From contig OZ024740.1 of assembly GCA_964016885.1 (NCBI GenBank), positions 247,938,001 to 248,002,000 on the forward strand: a DNA stretch of 64,000 nucleotides. The letters are read 5' to 3'. The notes below the pieces were generated by a model. The model was not told the DNA's origin, searched no databases, and saw nothing but the letters and a program-made list of their open reading frames with translations. The translations under genes and the position numbers were made by a program. This stretch comes from Eledone cirrhosa. Taxonomy: Eukaryota. This document shows, one piece after another, positions 62,266 to 64,000 of this stretch; position 1 is the first letter of the stretch; every line of letters starts with the position of its first letter.

Positions 62266-62454
62266 CTGAAAAAAAAAGAAATAATTATTCAGTAGTAACA
62301 ACAGCAACAATGTATGTATGCATGGACACATACTCCTGGTGGAGTCATAGAGGCACTGCACTAACATACAACATTTCTTGTGCACTTTAACCTGGAAGAG
62401 CCCATCCCCCTCCAGGTTTGAAAACACCCAATTTTTCCAGAGAGAGGGGTGGGG

Positions 62455-62590
62455 GAATTGACCCAGTATTGGACTGGTATTTTTTTGTATCAACCTTGAC
62501 CGGATGAAAGGCAAAGTTAACTTCAGCAAAATTTGAACTCAGAATGCAGAGCTGGAATGAATACCGCAAAGCATTCTATCTGACATTCTA
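62455..62590 (-). mobile_element. tRNA-derived SINE (same family as 23020-23425; another decayed copy at ~36090-36230)
   Basis: GACTGGTATTTTTTGTATCAACC..GGATGAAAGGCAAAGTTAACTTCAGC..ATTTGAACTCAGAATG. Confidence 0.75.
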
Positions 62591-62653
62591 ACAACACAAC
62601 AACAACAATAATGATGATGATAATAACGATGATAATAATAATAATAATAATAA

Positions 62654-64000
62654 TGCTTTCTTTATTAACCACAAGGGTTTACATAAAGTAGACATTAAGG
62701 ACAGTACAGGACAATACAGGACGGTACAAATGGGCATTTCTGCGTGTAAAAAAAACAGAGGATGTAATAAAAATAACAATGAAAAATTCCACAATAGGAG
62801 GAAGACTTCCGAGGGACATTTGTGGAGAAAGCCCATTAAAAGGCCACAGTGACCCTGACCACCAGGGCAAGTGCCCTCTCCCAGTTTTCCACCTTTAATT
62901 TACAGACACATACTCAGAGTAGGCCCATTCACTCGGGCCATTCTTGCCTCTCTCACCCATCTTTCAACAAAATGCTGGGAAGAGAGCAGTTCCCTCTCTA
63001 CCCTGATTTTCCTTTTCAAATGAAATTTGAAAAAGTTAATCAGAAGAGGTAAGTGCTCGTCTTCAGCCCTTTCAAACGTGTCCACCATACTATCTCTTTC
63101 GCCATGGCTACCAGAGAGATAAAAACTGCCTGCCCTTCCCGGCTAAAGGAAGAAGGCGGGGCAATCCTCACGATGGACTCAGCAGATGGCCGGATCCGTC
63201 CTACACGCGACAGCAGGTGTTCGACATAAACCGGTTTTGTCGCCCTGCACGCATCTAAGACATGCCCGGCTGACAGCACATCCATGCCTGTATAGTTTAT
63301 CCCGAACTGTCAAAGCTCCTCGGTAGCACAGCCAGGCCAGGGATTTCTGGAAGTTGTCCATAGGCCCCCGGCCCGAAAGTTCTTCCGAAGAGATTGGCTA
63401 GTTGATTTTCATCTAGAGTTTCCCCAAGTACGTCATCGTTCTTCCCCTCCACTAATCCTCTATAGAAAGCCAAGGTGGGGTTTCCACCGATCACATTGCC
63501 CGACTGGTTGAGGGCCGTGAGCGCCTGAAGACATTCCAGTCTCCAAGCGCTCCCTCTCGGTCTTCGCTTGACCCAGGACTGCAGCTCCGTCAAGGAGACG
63601 AGCTGGGAAAAGACGCGTCTAGCAAACGGCAACCACACCTGATCACCGTCGAGGAAGAGGTGGAGATGTCGTAGCCTGAGCACGTGTCTGCGCGTCACCA
63701 GCCACGGCATGCCCAGCCCTCCAAGTAGTGGGTGTTGACAGCAGATGGACACCCTGATCATCGTCACCTCGTCCCAGTTTTTGTCCGTCTGGAGGTCCGG
63801 ACCAAACAAGACCCCTAGCAATTTAACCGGTCCGTCCGTCCAGTGCCTGACGACGCTGTTGAACGGCATGGACCTGCCTCTCCAGGTGCCGAGCTGCAGG
63901 CCCACTAACCTTTTCTGGTTGATCATTGCTCCTGTCACCGCTTCGTATTCTCTTAGTGTAGTGCCGATCACCTCGATGTGTTTGCCGTTCGACACCACTA
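62654..64000 (-). mobile_element. Tx1-like retrotransposon, copy 3 (3' part, decayed, runs off the right edge)
   Basis: GLQLGTWRGR.MP..WTDGPVKLLGV.FGPDLQ, SICCQHP..GGLGMPWL, MDNFQKSLAW.CYRGAL, ARMARVNGP match the copy 2 ORF2; internal deletions and frameshifts; 3'UTR ends AATAAAGAAAGC-(ATT)n. Confidence 0.93.

Noticed and set aside
61615-62529. 304-aa minus-strand ORF as a single gene
   Set aside because: Only 62110-62265 is a splice-bounded ERMP1-like exon; the rest reads through SINE, intron, microsatellite and Helitron sequence.

Overview
Eukaryotic, repeat-dense genomic DNA, probably from a coleoid cephalopod (Octopus-like; inferred from the SINE and RTE repeat families, not proven). One host gene is supported: the last five coding exons of an ERMP1-like M28 ER metallopeptidase on the minus strand (62265-62110, 57982-57777, 56912-56797, 55851-55667, 37728-37558), all GT-AG and phase-compatible, with a ~17.9 kb last intron. 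Most of the rest is transposable elements. At the left are two head-to-tail Tx1-like (L1 clade) retrotransposons, one with both ORFs open, at a (GATA)n microsatellite; a third Tx1-like copy is at the right edge. Also present are decayed hAT, hATm-like, Helitron, CRE, R4/Dong-like, RTE and CR1 elements, a solo LTR, MITEs/foldbacks and SINEs. The best candidate for new biology is the Tx1-like system: apparent microsatellite targeting, a covarying two-hairpin 5'UTR structure, a splice donor on the ORF1 stop codon and a shared 3'UTR stem-loop. Other notable items are a long heat-shock-element-like array ahead of a transposase, a Helitron nested in its own 5' end, locally templated insertions and degenerate hammerhead-like motifs. 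Boundaries of decayed repeats are approximate, and family names come from motif recognition, not database searches.
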